Made by a program: the position numbers and the translations under genes. A model generated the notes under the pieces. It had not been told where the DNA came from and ran no database searches. It saw nothing but the letters and a program-made list of their open reading frames with translations. From Chara braunii (taxonomy: Eukaryota; Plantae; Charophyceae), in NCBI GenBank assembly GCA_003427395.1, contig BFEA01000015.1, positions 1,669,800 to 1,733,799 of the forward strand: a stretch of 64,000 nt of DNA, in the 5' to 3' direction. Shown here one piece after another: positions 12,301 through 26,795 of the stretch (positions are counted from its first letter, which is position 1; the number at the start of each line of letters is the position of its first letter).

Positions 12301-15261
12301 ACTGGTAAATGTCTTTTATGTGTGACAGACCTTTGCGTAGTCCCGCAATAGGCCTGTATTGTTGCTAATCTTAAGACATTGGCAGAAATACCAAGCTAAC
12401 GGTAAAGTTTAGCATCACTAGGGCGCAACCCCTAGTGTCGGCTGCTGATCGGCATAACCTTAACAGCGGGCCTACGTTTTGCCAAGGGAGTAAAGATTTA
12501 AAAGGGTGTGGCCACCTAGGAGGGTTTTACTCCTACAGAACAACGTGGAATAAAAGTCGAGTCAATTGAGTCTTTTTAAGTCCTGATTAATTGCTTATTA
12601 GAAGAAAGTCTATCATGGCGCAACCTGCGATGACACTACCGCTAAAATAACAACGTGGTGGGCCGTAGATCTGACACGATCACCCAGACTATGGTGGGTC
12701 AGGATGGAGACCAAACCTTCCTGTACTAGACTGCAGAAAGAGTCTAAGATATATATATATATTTAATTGTGAGAATTGTTGGGAGGAAGGCAAGAATGCC
12801 TTCAAAGGTCTCGGTTAGGACCCGCGTCCCTAGTTATGGTCCTGCTTGCAAGGTAGAGACTATGGACACTTAACGAGAAGCCGGCGTTTGTCTAGGACAA
12901 AGGGGAGAGAACAGTTGAGAGGGCCGATGAAACTTATGTTGTAGTACGTATGTTTAGTACACCAGCGTTCTAGTGTCAAAACAATGGAGACCCATATTAG
13001 AATCCTGACAGCATTTAGTTGTGTTTGACATGATTTGATGGAGGCCTCAAACCGGAGTCTGTTGGCAAACCGGATTGGTTCCTTTCTCGTCAGTATTTGG
13101 ATTATGATTGAACTGACATCGTTTTGATTATGCGAAGCGACAGGGACTCGCTTAATATGATCCGGTAAACGTCCTTCAAGGATCTGTCCAAAACCAACTC
13201 GCAAAGCTACACTACCTCTCACCACGCCCACTCTCAATAACACACCAACAAGTTCATCCCGATCTCAAAATCATTCTCACCTGGTCCCAGAATGGTCCTA
13301 AGCGGTCCCACGTTACCGCCAAAGCACCATATGGTCTCAAACTCAAAATTCGTTTGCTCAGCACACCGCAAAAGAAATAAAGGTGGCCCTGGTTGAAAAC
13401 TGCATCTGCCTCGAGCCCAATAATCACTGTCGTGTGCACTCACTCCGCACTTTCTTCATTCCGCCGGCCCACTCACCACTACCGCACAAACCCAATCATG
13501 CACCTATGTCCATACTACCGCCGGATCATGAGAGAATAGTCCACCATCACCGCACACATCAAAAATTAAAAGCGGAATTGCCGCTCGCCGCTCCGTCGAA
13601 ACAAGTATCACGACGCCGTGCGAAAAAATTGACAACAGTTCCCCATCGAAGTGCCGCTGCCGCGCCAAAATTTTGGTAGCGTAACCTCATAAAAAAATCG
13701 TCGTACCGTGCCGCCGAACGGACAACACCTTCCCTTAGGGAGACCTTGATGCCGCCACGCCGTCAGTCCGGCAGCACCTCCCCTTAAAACGCTGCCAATT
13801 ATTATGCCACAAAAAACTTGTTGTGCCGCAAAAGCACCTTCTTCCAAAAATACTACGGCGTAACCTTCCCACTCACATATCACCATGCAGGCCGTCGGGC
13901 AGCACCTCCCCGTCGTGGGCCTCTTGCCCACAGGCCTGCAGCACAAGCACAACGATGGGGCCAGAAGCTCCCAGCCTTTAGTTATGGTTGCCTCTCTCCT
14001 CCTTCAACTGCTCCTGCAGACCTCCAGCACTTCGCCTCACTACACCTGTAGCCAACCAGCCAGCATCTACTTCACGTAGAATGCCCCAACAACATTGCCA
14101 CAAGTGTGAGGCTGCTGGGTGGCAAGCTGGCTTTTATAACTAACCGAAGGCATGTGGGCAGCTGTCTTGCCCACAGCCAGGCAAAATTTTGTCAGTGTTC
14201 CTAGCCCTTGATCTAAATCGATGGCCAGGAGCTCTGAGCCTTGGTTTTCCCCTTGGGAACCCAAGGTCGTCAATTCCCAGGAGCACCTGGCCGTTCTCCC
14301 CGACCAGGTGCTTCTGGAAATGGTTGTACTCAACCATTTCAAGACTGCACGTTCAACTGAACAGGTACAGTCCCATCAACCCATAGAAGATTTTGGGGTT
14401 GCATCTGTTCCACGGTGGCGGCCACGTACGTGGCCATTACCTCCTTATTTTTTTCTTTACTTCTTTTCTTTTTTCTTCTTTTTTTTCTACCTACCCCTCG
14501 TTTTTCTGTGCAGGGGCAGCTCGCCGTTTGCCCTTTATTAGCAGGGGCGTACTGGAGTTCAGCCCATCAGGGTTTTATTTTTTTCAGCCGCACGCCCGTA
14601 CCCGGGCGCCATCAGCACCAGGTTCGGACACTCACCTGCACCCTGTTCAGCAAAACGAACAGGCGCACGCGAGTCATCAGCTCTCTCTCTCTAACTGAGC
14701 CCCTACGGTCGCCACCGTTCGTGAGCAGAGAGTCCCTTGTAAAACCCTATCCCCTGAACGTAGTCACCCTGCGGTGGCACATTCGTTCGATTTCGCTCAT
14801 CCTGTAGCTGGCAGTAGCAGCCAATTCTTCAAAACGAACGGGCGCTATAGTGATACCACGAACAAATAAGACAAAAAAAAAAAAAATTAACGAATCTAAA
14901 ATGAAGAAATAAAGCTAAAGAAATCTAAAAAAAGGAAGAAAATCCTAAAGAAAATCTAAGAAGAAAAAAAAAAAAAAATCAACGAACTTACCTTGTGCAG
15001 AAAATGGTCGTCCGTTTCCACGGGCGACTGTCATGTGCACTGGGGCTGAAAAACCCCAGTCACTTCCTAGTGCGCCATATGACGCTTAGATTTTTTTAAT
15101 TTTTTTTTCCCCTCAAAAAGTCGTTGGCTTATGCCAACGATCGTCTTTTCGTTTGTGGAACACTCACAAACTGTCGAAATACAAACCCGAGTTCAAATCC
15201 CCATGGGTTCGAAAAAAGAAAAAAAAAATTATTATTATTATTATTTTTTTTTACGTCTTTT

Positions 15262-15756
15262 TTAGGTTACCAGGCCGGACGTCCAGGATGTCCGACTGGA
15301 CGTCTGGTCGGACGTCGGACCGGACAGGGCATATCCGACCTAGCGCAAAAAAAAAAAAATAAAAAAAAAAAAATGTTTTTTGAAAAAACTCATGTGGCTT
15401 CCACCTTGCATTAGGTGTATGCTACCAAATTTTTGGATCATTTGGGTCAGTAAAATAAATAATAAAAATCTTTAAAGATTCATTCCCCATCTATACCCCT
15501 CATATCCCCACCAAAACCCCTTCTACCCCCCCCTCCCCCCCCAAATACCGCCCTATCAGCAAGTGCTCAAAAAAATCTGAATTTTTTTTGTGGGGGGTCT
15601 CTAGGCCATGCGCAACACTGTCATAATTTTTTTTAATTTATTTATTTTCTTTGTGCCAAAAAGGCGTCGTCCGGAAATCTGGACGACGCGGGGGGGGAAA
15701 CGTCCTGGGGAGACGTCCGGTGGAGACGTCCGATCTCCGGACCATTGGTAACCTAG
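15262..15756. mobile_element. Non-autonomous hAT-like element (GACGTC/TCCGG subterminal repeats)
   Basis: TIR (C/T)TAGGTTACCA. 8-bp TSD CGTCTTTT/CGTTTTTT. Absent from the second copy of the host repeat. Confidence 0.75.
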
Positions 15757-16488
15757 CGTTTTTTCAATTTATTTATATCATCCTTTCGCAGGTTTCATGC
15801 AGGTTCCTGGACCGCGCGATCTTCACGGTCGAACGGCCAGATCCGACCGTGTTGGCGGTAAGTACGGCAGCCAACTCCAAAAGGAGCTAGCCCGGTGACA
15901 AATGCGGTTCGATTCCGGTGTTTGCTGGGTGAGAATCTTGCACTGTAAGCTACTAGGCTAGCTCCTATCACGATAGTGATAGGAGCAACTCTTCTATAAG
16001 AAGAGCTTGCCCATATGCTAGGCTACTACCATGTCGGCTAGCAGACCCTGAGGCATGGGCCCGATGGCAAACCAAACCCCCACCCCCTTTCTCACTTGGT
16101 GGGGCACCGAGCCTCCGACAAGTCAAACCCCCGCTTTGGCCAGCGTACCGCCCGCTCACGCCCGGGTTCACCGAAACGCATATTAGGTTGGATGTGGCCT
16201 ATGAAACACCCGCGGACGCGTCAATCTCGGACTGCGGCCGCATATGAGGCCGCGTCCGCGGCTGGCGTGGTCCGCTCTGCGGACGTGATCTTGATATAAT
16301 TTTCCTGAATTAAATAATAGATAATATATATATATATGGGGCTGTAGGGAATTTGAAGCCCTACAACCCCATTTTTGTTTTTGAAAAACGACACTTTTAT
16401 AGAATTATAAAAAATAAAAAACATAAAAGGCAGAGAAGAGAAAATGAAAAATAATTTATTTATTTATTTATTTGTTTTCGGATTTTTT

Positions 16489-16771
16489 CTAGGCTACCAA
16501 AGTGGCCTGGGGTCACTTTCCCGGCCGGGCCAAAATAATTAAAAAAATTAAAAATAAATAAAATAGTTTTGAATTTTATTTTTTATTCTAAATTTGGTGA
16601 AGAATTTCGATGTGACCCTGAGGCAAAAGTTGTTCAGTTTATTTTTCGGCATAACATAGTTTTTTTTCCGAATGTTTGGATTTTTTTTTATTTATTTTTT
16701 TTGCTGGGACCTTACCTGATCCTTGCACTGGCTGGCCACCCAGGACTCGGGCGGCCCGGCTGGTAGCCTAG
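16489..16771. mobile_element. hAT-type MITE, CTAGGCTACCA family
   Basis: TIR CTAGGCTACCA. TSD GATTTTTT on both sides. Other copies at 33061-33390 and 44681-45101. Confidence 0.85.
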
Positions 16772-16910
16772 GATTTTTTGTTGGCAATTCTTTGTATTCT
16801 TCACTTTTACATAATTTTTAAATTATTTTTTTGTTGCGTAATAAGGAAACCATCAAGGAATGAAAAAAAAAAAAAAAAGTTTGATTGATAAATTGATTGA
16901 TTTATTATCG

Positions 16911-16953
<43 letters not shown>

Positions 16954-16974
16954 ATTGATTGAGGAAAATAAGAT

Positions 16975-17480
16975 AGTCATGTACCAAGCAGAGAGCTCAA
17001 ACGCACCAAGATTCCATCCACATACGAGCAAAGCAGCGAACTCGTTTGCCAATGTTATCGCAAACGTGTCGCGCAGAGGTTGGGATAGGCATCTACCAAG
17101 CANAAGATTCCATCCACATACGAGCAAAGCAGCGAACTCGTTTGCCAATGTTATCGCAAACGTGTCGCGCAGAGGTTGGGATAGGCATCTACCAAGCAAA
17201 GAGCTCGAACGCACTAAGATTCCATCCACATACGAGCAAAGCAGCGAACTCGTTTGCCAATGTTATCGCAAATGAGTCGCGCAGAGCTCGGGATAGACAT
17301 TTACGAAGCAAAGAGGTCGAACGCACCAAGATTTCATCCACATACGAGCAAATCAGCGAACTCGTTTGCCAATGTTATCGCAAACGAGTCGCGCAGAGGT
17401 CGGGATAGTTATCTACCAAGCAAAGAGCTCGAACACACAAAGATTCCATCCACATACGAGCAAAGCAGCGAGCTCGTTTG
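16975..17480. repeat. 112-bp tandem repeat (about 4.5 units)
   Basis: Unit AAGATTCCATCCACATACGAGCAAAGCAGCGAACTCGTTTGCCAATGTTATCGCAAACG... repeats with a 112-nt period. One junction is an 'n' assembly join. Confidence 0.9.
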
Positions 17481-17537
<57 letters not shown>

Positions 17538-18244
17538 NNNNNNNNNNNNNNNNNNNNNNNNNNNNNNNNNNNNNNNNNNNNNNNNNNNNNNNNNNNNNNN
17601 NNNNNNNNNNNNNNNNNNNNNNNNNNNNNNNNNNNNNNNNNNNNNNNNNNNNNNNNNNNNNNNNNNNNNNNNNNNNNNNNNNNNNNNNNNNNNNNNNNNN
17701 NNNNNNNNNNNNNNNNNNNNNNNNNNNNNNNNNNNNNNNNNNNNNNNNNNNNNNNNNNNNNNNNNNNNNNNNNNNNNNNNNNNNNNNNNNNNNNNNNNNN
17801 NNNNNNNNNNNNNNNNNNNNNNNNNNNNNNNNNNNNNNNNNNNNNNNNNNNNNNNNNNNNNNNNNNNNNNNNNNNNNNNNNNNNNNNNNNNNNNNNNNNN
17901 NNNNNNNNNNNNNNNNNNNNNNNNNNNNNNNNNNNCCCCCCCAAAACATCGATTTTTTTTTTTTTTTTTTTGCTCGAGGGGGTGGGCTGGGGTTGCGCCG
18001 CCCCATGACGCTTCCCGAATCCCCAACCCCCCTCCCCACTGGCTGCCACGCATCCGCGAAGTTGCACGGCCGCTCGGACACGTCCGCGGGGTCGCGGACT
18101 CGGCCGCGCTTGGGCACCGCCGAGAGGGATTCGTAGGATGTGGCTTCAAGCGGGGTCGCGCTTTCATGCACGGAGGTCTTAATTAGCTCTTATAAGCTCT
18201 GAATCGCGTGGCTGCTATCCTTATTTTGGGTAAAACAGGTATAA

Positions 18245-18304
<60 letters not shown>

Positions 18305-20116
18305 TCAAATAGATAATTTTATTTTTATTTATGACCGTACGTCCATGCGGCCTTACCAAACATGGGAAGAAAACCGGTCACGTTGCCGGTTCTTACCGCC
18401 GATTCCATATGCCGCAGGCGTCACGTCTTAGATTTAATAAGTTATAGTCTTTCAGTCATAGGTCAAATTCGAATAAACTTATGGCAGATAACCCATCTCA
18501 TCAAGTTGTGAAGCCCAGATACGCATTTACTATGTCGGTCATCGTATTGCGTTTAAAATACCAGACAGATACCCTTGTTAGGGTTTCTGCCCCAACAACA
18601 TTCTCGCGCCCTATTGAACGACGACCCCGTCGTTCACCATCAAAAAATACAAAGTTAGGATTCTTATGAATTTTCCATGTGAAAACATCAATTACAATAC
18701 ACAACAATCGAAAACATTTGTCCGGAACAAAGTTTGAACTTTTACCAACAACCTGGATTCAGCCCCCAGAAACGTACATATAATAGCATCAACAATACTG
18801 GATTTGATTCCATCAACATTAACATAAATGCAACAAAACTGGATTCAGCCTCCAAAAGCCTAAATATAAACACAACAAAACTAGATTCAGCCTCTAGAAG
18901 CGTAAAACTTTAATAGTTTCCTACTCATCAATTGGAATAGTATCAAATTCCGCCCTTGGCAAGCCTAAAAATGAAAACGTGGACCTAGATTCCACCTCTG
19001 GACGCTTAAAATACAGAGGATCTTTTTCAGAATGGTCCTTGCATCATCCCACTGGCGGCCAACAATTTTGTCTCTCTGAATGATTACCAAATTTCGACCC
19101 TCGTAAGCTTAGAATCGACAACCTTCACGTTGATATCACAATAAATCAACCTGTTGGAAGTTGTTCAGATAAGTCTGAACCAACCACTTAAAGAGTAACC
19201 ATTTATTCAAAAGTCAATGCCCAAGTTTTACTCCTATCCAATTTCAGAGAGAAAAACAACTTACATAGTTATCATGTCATATGTTTTTCAACTTTTGCGA
19301 TATGCGTCGAGGAGTAGTGAAATCCATATAAGGATAACATATCGATATCAAGCCCCGCTTAAGATTCGAGCCTCACCACGTCCCCTTTGATTCCAGCGCC
19401 TTAACCTTATCAATCCCCTCCCTATATAGCTAAACATCTTCACACCATACAACCCAGGTTGGTTGGGCCTTGGCCATAGAGGTGAAGTGATCGTGCTTGA
19501 TACGAAACTAGGTAACCACTCCTTCTCTCATACCCGGCAGTAATCGCCTCCTCTATAAGCAGTGTCTTAATAAGGCCAGAACACCTTCTTCCCTTTCAAT
19601 GATAGTGTAACCTTCCTTCCTTAAACCACATAGGATTCGGAAGACAACTCGCTATGATCCAGAAGCACAGCTCCGGCGCGAGTCTCACTACCATCTACAA
19701 AAGTCACAATTAAATCAGATAGATATCGTAACATGACAACGAACAAATAACCATTAGATTCAAATCATCAATAATACAATTCATGACAATTCAGAACAAT
19801 TCGCAACAATTCACAACAAATGCTTTCACATGGAAGTTCATAATAGTCAAATTCAATCATTCTTTTATCGTAACAAAGGTTCATCCACACCACACGAAAA
19901 GATGAATGTGGTCTTAGCAAGCAAGACAATATCAGTCCTCAAGTATAATACTTGTCAATTATTAGAGACACGAGTTCGTTTGAGTAACCGAAATCTAATC
20001 AACCCATAGTTGATGTCACGTAAGAGCTCGCTCGATGTCTACTTCATTGTATTAACAAAATTCAAATTGGCACTTATGTAAACCCAGTTAATATATAAAA
20101 ATATATATGATCAAAG

Positions 20117-20826
20117 TTACTTCCCCATATCGTCCTCCCAATAAAAAAGACCGTCCCTAATAGATTTGTCTTCTTTTTTAATAGGGAAGACTGACACATG
20201 ATTCCAATCATTGCAGACTCCACCTTCTTGCCTGCTTACTATTCCCTTCCTAATATCGTAGTCAAGACGTCTGCAAAATCTTATTTTATGACCCCAAATG
20301 TCACAATATATGCATTTCCAAAGCTTGCGAAACCTAAAATTTTTGCTTGCCTTGACTCCTTGATTTGAGCATTCACCCTGGTTCAGATTTTTATCTAAAG
20401 CAGTGCGAATGTTTTCCTGCGACCTGTGCTCACTCATAGATCGCTTCCCTTTCTTACAAATCTCCTGACCCCCTCTGGCCAAATTTCACGTAACTTTTTA
20501 AGCTTCATTAAGCTTGAGAGTTTGTGCTAACTGGTGAGACTCACTATCTAACTTTCTTTTACCATTTTGCACTCTATCTTCAGGGGATTCCGGGAACTTG
20601 GCTAACATCAGTCTCTCGAATTCAACCCAAGACTCATACGCTCGTGAAAGAAATCCAATATCAGGCTTCAACCTTTCGGCCGATAAAATTCAAGACGAAA
20701 ATAAACTTATGATGTTCTTCCCAATTCATCCGCATTGTCAAACTTTGAAATGCCTGCAAGAATCCGATGACCTCGTTGCCTTCAAAGAGAGGACTCATAT
20801 AAGCAGATGTTCCTTTCGTCATTATG
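20117..20826 (-). pseudogene. Decayed gypsy gag
   Basis: MSPLFEGNEVIGFLQAFQ N-terminus and CCHC knuckle CIYCDIWGHKIRFC, located directly downstream of LTR D and its PBS. Confidence 0.75.
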
Positions 20827-21142
20827 ATATCCTGCAAGAGGCAAAATACTTTGTTAATAATTGAAATCAATCGAAAAAATAACTATAAAAAAATATTTCA
20901 AAAAATATTTCAAAAAATATGTAACCTTTAACCTTATCATTTCAATACTAGTAATGACAATCTCAACTATCTAATAAAAAAAGAGTCATTAATACCACTT
21001 GCATTGTAAATGAAACGATAAGTGGTTGAATCATTTGATTATTTAATTCCAAGTTACAAATAACATGCAATCTAATTCATAGTGTCATTCAACAATATTA
21101 CCCGAGTGTCGTTCCAACAGAGACAACGATAGATAGTCGCTG

Positions 21143-22360
21143 TCCCCGTCAACGGCGCCACCTGTCGAGCGCATCAGCTCCCGCATTTTCGCAAAAGTGC
21201 GGGAGCCCTCCCGGCTATGTCATGTCCCCTGTAACGACGCCACCTGTCGAGCGCATCGGCTCCTGCCTTTTCGCAAAGTGTAGGAGCCCTCCCGGCTATG
21301 TCACGTAAAAGTTAAAACAAAACACAACAAATATATTTAAAAAAAAAAAAACAAGAGATAATTTAGGGAACGACGCAAAACATCCAGCAATTCGTCGAGG
21401 CGGACGTGGTCGAGCCATCCCTTCACCGCTCTAGCCGGGTGCGCCAGCTGAACATCCCACGGTCCCCTACGATAGAATAGGTTTTCGTGGGGCACATCTT
21501 GCCTTCCCTAATGGGTTGTCACCACCCTCACGAGCGTATCCCTACCGAACTACTGACCCACATGCGAAAACTTTTACATGCAATTGCAGAGGTAGGTCAG
21601 TCAAGGTCATTTGCTCGCTCGCTGGAGTATAGGTACGCTTGGTTAATGCAAAGTGGACCCGAACGCTGTCTGTCCCCTAAGGCGCTGATCTCCTAGGTAC
21701 GAAACGAACGTCAGTCGACTAGGACGGTCTCAACCAAACGTGAAACCCATAAAATAATCCTAGTACCTTTATAACTCTCTGATCACAAAATAAATAAAAT
21801 CAGTACACATTTTATCAAATAACAGAAGACAGGATTTTTGACTTGATGAGATGATCTGCCAAAGTTATTTTTTCCAGCTTACATAACTGAAGAGACTATT
21901 ATACCATCGGTTATGAGGCGGAGGCTCGATATCGACGAAGGATTAGGAAGGACAACATATCCTTTGACTTACGGTTGGGTTTGTCGACTCCTACTAAACC
22001 CTGCTAAGAATGACTTCTGCAAGTGAATTCCACTGCTACCATGGAGATCAACAAGTGATCTGGCTCCTGGCCGAAGTTTGAACTCTCGGTTCGACCACAC
22101 CTCTGTATCATATGCAGTTTGTTTGAAGAAAAGTATTATTTAGCAAATAAATTTTTTTGTTGGTCGCTTTGTCCTCCTGGACAATAATTAGTTTTTTCTG
22201 TTTCCTCGAATGATGAAATATCCATCTGTATCATTCGGGTACCCAAAACAAAACCGGAGTCGTTATCACTGCTTAAAGAGAACCATTACCTTTATTACTT
22301 ATTTCTTCTTACCGGTTGGAGCTTCTTCTGTTTTCAACTTTTAATTCTAACGATAGCACA
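21143..22360 (-). mobile_element. Gypsy 5' LTR (copy D, 22360 to 21245) plus tRNA-Asp PBS; the LTR-end/PBS segment is tandemly duplicated (82 nt)
   Basis: Minus strand TGTGCTATCG...GCGCTCGACA, then GG and TGGCGCCGTTGACGGGGA (21160-21143). Confidence 0.8.
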
Positions 22361-23741
22361 TAAAGTGACCACCCGCAAAGATATTAATTCAGTCCCCTTG
22401 TCGCCCAGGACTCGACGAGGATTGGTCAATTCTGTGTCGTCACACCCTCAACCCTTTAGGAAGTGGTCTGTGGATACTCCTTCCCCTCGCCCGAGCTTGA
22501 AGACCCGGGTCTCAGAGGTTGGCCCATCACCATCGAATCGGCAAAGTACCACCCCCGACGAATCGGATCCACTCCAAGTCGATAACAGGGTCGACTCCGA
22601 AAGCATACGAACCCCCGCCTTGGATGCTTCCTAGAGAGAAAGACTCTGCTCACTACGATAAGTTTTTTTTTATTCCCATTACTCCTAAGTTTTGGGTAAC
22701 TTAGATGAAAAATAAATTGAAGGAGATAGATTACGAGAATCATTTGGACAGGTATAGGTAGATAAGGTCATTCGGGATAGAAAAAGTCAATCATGGGAAG
22801 AAAACTAAATCCGTTTGACCTTATCTGCTTTATTTCAATTGAATTCGTGTCAGAGTGCACACATAATTTAAGTTTTTCAAAACATCGAATCATTTTGTTT
22901 TTGTCATGCAAGCAGGTGACAAGTAAAAAGAAGTCAATTATTTTCTTGTTCTCCAACAAGCATAATCAATCTCCTTTGCAAGCATCCTTCTACCTACCTG
23001 CACATTCAACAAAGCACAACAAACAAAATCAAAGAAAATCAATGCAACCTCATATCCAAGTCAGACTTTTCCATTCACATGCGAATACACATTTACTTTG
23101 CCTTCTTAATGAACATTCAATGAACAAGGTGAAGCAAGTGTGGGTTAACATAGATGTGAAAGAAAATTTGAGTCGATCAACTGACTTATGAGTGAAGTTC
23201 GATCCGACTCACTCAAGAAAGCCAAGTGATACTCCAATCAAATTTGAAAAAGACGATCGTCGTTATAGTTGAAAATATGCAGGTCGCAATTCCACAACTT
23301 ACGCCTATTACATTGAATGACAACCATTTTTTTTCTCTAAGTGCCCAAATGAACAAAAGTCAGGTCCATTGGAAGAACTCAAGTGAGATAGCCCTCAAGA
23401 AGGGTGTTCTCAAAAATGAGATTCAACGTTATCCCAATGTTCCGGACACTCTCAATGCAGTCCCACTGCACCACGTCCTCCAAGGATTTGTCCCAAACCA
23501 ACTCGCAAAGCTACACCGCCTCTCACCACGTCCCCTCTCAATGACCACACCAACAAGTTCGTCCCGATCTCAAAATCAGTCCCACCTGGTCCCAGAATGG
23601 TCCTAAGTGGTCCCACGTTACTACCAAAGCACCGTATGGTTTCAAACTCAAAATCCGCTTGATCAACACGTCGCAAAAAAAATAAAGGTGGCCCTGGTTG
23701 AAAACTGCATGTGCCGCGTGCCCAATAATCACTGCCGTGTG

Positions 23742-24618
23742 CTATGTGTCCCCCCGTATGAATACGGGGATTAGGTACGACCGTACGTCCGTACGTACGG
23801 CCCCCCAAGCGGTCGTATGGGCCGTACGTACGGTCGTACGACCCGTTTCGGGGGCCTTCCCCGGGTGGGGGGCGGCATCTGAGGGGGGGGGGNNNNNNNN
23901 NNNNNNNNNNNNNNNNNNNNNNNNNNNNNNNNNNNNNNNNNNNNNNNNNNNNNNNNNNNNNNNNNNNNNNNNNNNNNNNNNNNNNNNNNNNNNNNNNNNN
24001 NNNNNNNNNNNNNNNNNNNNNNNNNNNNNNNNNNNNNNNNNNNNNNNNNNNNNNNNNNNNNNNNNNNNNNNNNNNNNNNNNNNNNNNNNNNNNNNNNNNN
24101 NNNNNNNNNNNNNNNNNNNNNNNNNNNNNNNNNNNNNNNNNNNNNNNNNNNNNNNNNNNNNNNNNNNNNNNNNNNNNNNNNNNNNNNNNNNNNNNNNNNN
24201 NNNNNNNNNNNNNNNNNNNNNNNNNNNNNNNNNNNNNNNNNNNNNNNNNNNNNNNNNNNNNNNNNNNNNNNNNNNNNNNNNNNNNNNNNNNNNNNNNNNN
24301 NNNNNNNNNNNNNNNNNNNNNNNNNNNNNNNNNNNNNNNNNNNNNNNNNNNNNNNNNNNNNNNNNNNNNNNNNNNNNNNNNNNNNNNNNNNNNNNNNNNN
24401 NNNNNNNNNNNNNNNNNNNNNNNNNNNNNNNNNNNNNNNNNNNNNNNNNNNNNNNNNNNNNNNNNNNNNNNNNNNNNNNNNNNNNNNNNNNNNNNNNNNN
24501 NNNNNNNNNNNNNNNNNNNNNNNNNNNNNNNNNNNNNNNNNNNNNNNNNNNNNNNNNNNNNNNNNNNNNNNNNNNNNNNNNNGGGGGGGGGGAAGGGGCG
24601 AACCTCCCCCAACCAACG

Positions 24619-24653
<35 letters not shown>

Positions 24654-24953
24654 AAATAAAGGTGCGCGGCATCATTTTTTTCCTTTTAAAAAAAATCAAT
24701 CATCAATCAATCAATCAATAAATTTTTATTTCTTTATTATTATTATTTTTTTCGTATTTTGATGTTTTCTATTTTTTTAAGATATTAAAAAAAAAAAAAA
24801 AAAAAATGGGGATATAGAGCGGGAAAAATTCTATATACCCATATTTTTTATTTATTTTTTGCGTTTTATTGGGGGGGGGGTCGTCACTATGCACGGAACC
24901 GGCCGTACGGCCATACGATAGAACCCCCGTACGACGTACGGGTTGCAACACAG
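23742..24953. mobile_element. Non-autonomous hAT-like element (CGTACG subterminal repeats)
   Basis: TSD GCCGTGTG/GTCGTGTG. TIR CTATGT / CTGTGTTGC. Empty site at about 13429. Confidence 0.85.
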
Positions 24954-26448
24954 GTCGTGTGCACTCACTCCGCACTTTCTTCATGCCGCCGGCCCACGCA
25001 CCAGTACTGCACAAACCCAATCATGCACCTGTGTCCATTCTACCGCCGGATCATGAGAGAATACTCCACCATCACCGCACATATCAAAAATTAAAAGCGG
25101 AATTCCACTCGCCGCGCCGTCCACACCAGTATCACGCCGCCGTGCCAAAAAATTAACAGCAGTTCCCCATCGAAGTGCCGCTGCCGCGCCAAAATTTTGG
25201 TAGCTTAACCTCATATGCCGCCGAATGAACAGCAATTCCCCTTAGGGAGACCTTGATGCCGCCACGTCGTCAGTCTGGTTACACCTCCCCTTAAAACGCT
25301 GCCAATTATTGTGCCGCAAAAAACTTGTTGTGCCGCACAAGCACCTTCTTCCAAAAATACTACGGCGTAGCCTTCCCACTCACATATCACCGTGCAGGCC
25401 GTCGAGTAGCACCTCCCCGTCGTGGGCCTCTTGCCGCATGGTCCAAGCCTGCCGCAGCCTCACGGCTACAGCTTCCCCACAGGCCTGCAACACAAGCACA
25501 AAGGTGGGGCCAGAAGCTCCCAACCTTTAGTTATGGCTGCCTCTCCTCCTTCAAGTGCTCCTGCAGACCTCCAACACTTCGCTTCACTACACCTGCAGCC
25601 AGCCAGCCAGCATCCACTTCAAGTAGAATGCCCCAGCAGCATTGCCACAAGTGGGAGGCAGCTGGGTGGCAAGTTGACTTTTATAGCTAGTCAAAGGCAT
25701 GTGGGCAGCTGCCTTGCCCACAGCCAGGCAAAATTTTGTCAGTGCTCTTGGCCCTTGATCTAAATCGATGGCCAAGAGCTCTAAGCCTTGGTTTTCCCCT
25801 TGGGAACCCAAGGTCGTCAATTCCCAGGAGCACCTAGTCGTTCTCCCCTACCAAGTGCTTCTGGAAATTGCTGCGCGTTCAACTGAACAGGTACAGTCTC
25901 ATCAGTCCCTAGAAGCTTCTGGGGCTGCATTTGTTCCACGGTCGCGGCCACGTACGTGGCCATTACCTCCTTTTTGTCTTTACTTCTTTTCCTTTCTCTT
26001 TTTTTTTTTGTTTTTTTTTCCCTACCTACCCCTCTTTTTCTGTGCAGGGGAAGCTCGTCGTTTGAAACGAACAGCCGCCCCTTTATTTGCAGGGGCGTAC
26101 TAGAGTTAAGCTCATCAAGGCTTTATTTTTTTCAGTCACGCGCCCGTACCCGAGCGCCATCAGCGCCAGGTTTGACACTCACCTGCAGCCTGTTTAGCAA
26201 AACGAACAGGCGCAGGCGAGTCATCAACTCTCGTTCCCTCTCTTTCTGAGCCTCGACAGTTGTGACCATTCGTGAGCAAAGAGTCCCTTCTAAGACCCCA
26301 CCCCCTTAACGTACCCGCCCTGCGGCGGCACATTCGTTCGATTTTGCTCATCCTAAGCTGGCAGTGGCAGCCCGTTCTTCAAAACGAACAAGAGCTTTAG
26401 TGATACCACGAATAAATAAGAAATATATATATATATATATATATATAT

Positions 26449-26549
26449 CGTCAAATAGAACTGCCCGGTAAACCGTAGGCAGAGAGGGAGAAGAGGACAA
26501 CAAACGAGGGGCTGCGACAAACTGTTTCGTCGGAGTTTCACCGACTCAT
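26449..26549 (-). mobile_element. (TA)n-inserted short element with hammerhead-like core (5'-truncated inside CUGAUGA)
   Basis: Near-identical to 44766-44878. Flanked by (TA)n. Absent from the paralogous site at about 14870. Confidence 0.75.
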
Positions 26550-26734
26550 ATATAACGAATCTAAAAAGAAGAAACTTGAATAAAAGTACGCCATGTGGCG
26601 CTTAGATTTTTAGTTTTTTTTTCCCCCCTCTAAAAGTCGTTGGCTTATGTCAACAATCGCCTTTTCGTTTGTGGAACACTCACGAACTGTTGAAATACAG
26701 GGCCGAGTTCAAATCCCCATGGGTTGGAAGAAAC

Positions 26735-26795
<61 letters not shown>

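Larger units (their letters stand above)
16199..18136. mobile_element. Non-autonomous hAT-like element (CCGCGG-rich ends) carrying a satellite and a nested MITE
   Basis: Perfect 8-bp TSD GATGTGGC (16191-16198, 18137-18144). TIR CTATGAAAC / CTACGAATC. Empty site GACGTGGC at about 27464. Confidence 0.85.
13165..18597 (-). mobile_element. Unclassified ~3-4 kb repeated element, copy 1 (with nested insertions)
   Basis: Collinear direct homologue of 23470-27881. On the minus strand it begins TGTTGGGG (LTR-like), has TATAAGAG at about 18190 and decayed unidentified ORFs at 13230-14800. Confidence 0.65.

Noticed and set aside
17000-17200. Exact duplications around single 'n' characters (17103, 49799)
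   Set aside because: Likely contig-join overlaps, so repeat copy numbers there are unreliable.
16975-17480. 112-bp array, and the 34-bp (49670-49890) and 22-bp (41222) arrays, as CRISPR
   Set aside because: Contiguous tandem units with no unique spacers, no cas genes, and a eukaryotic context.
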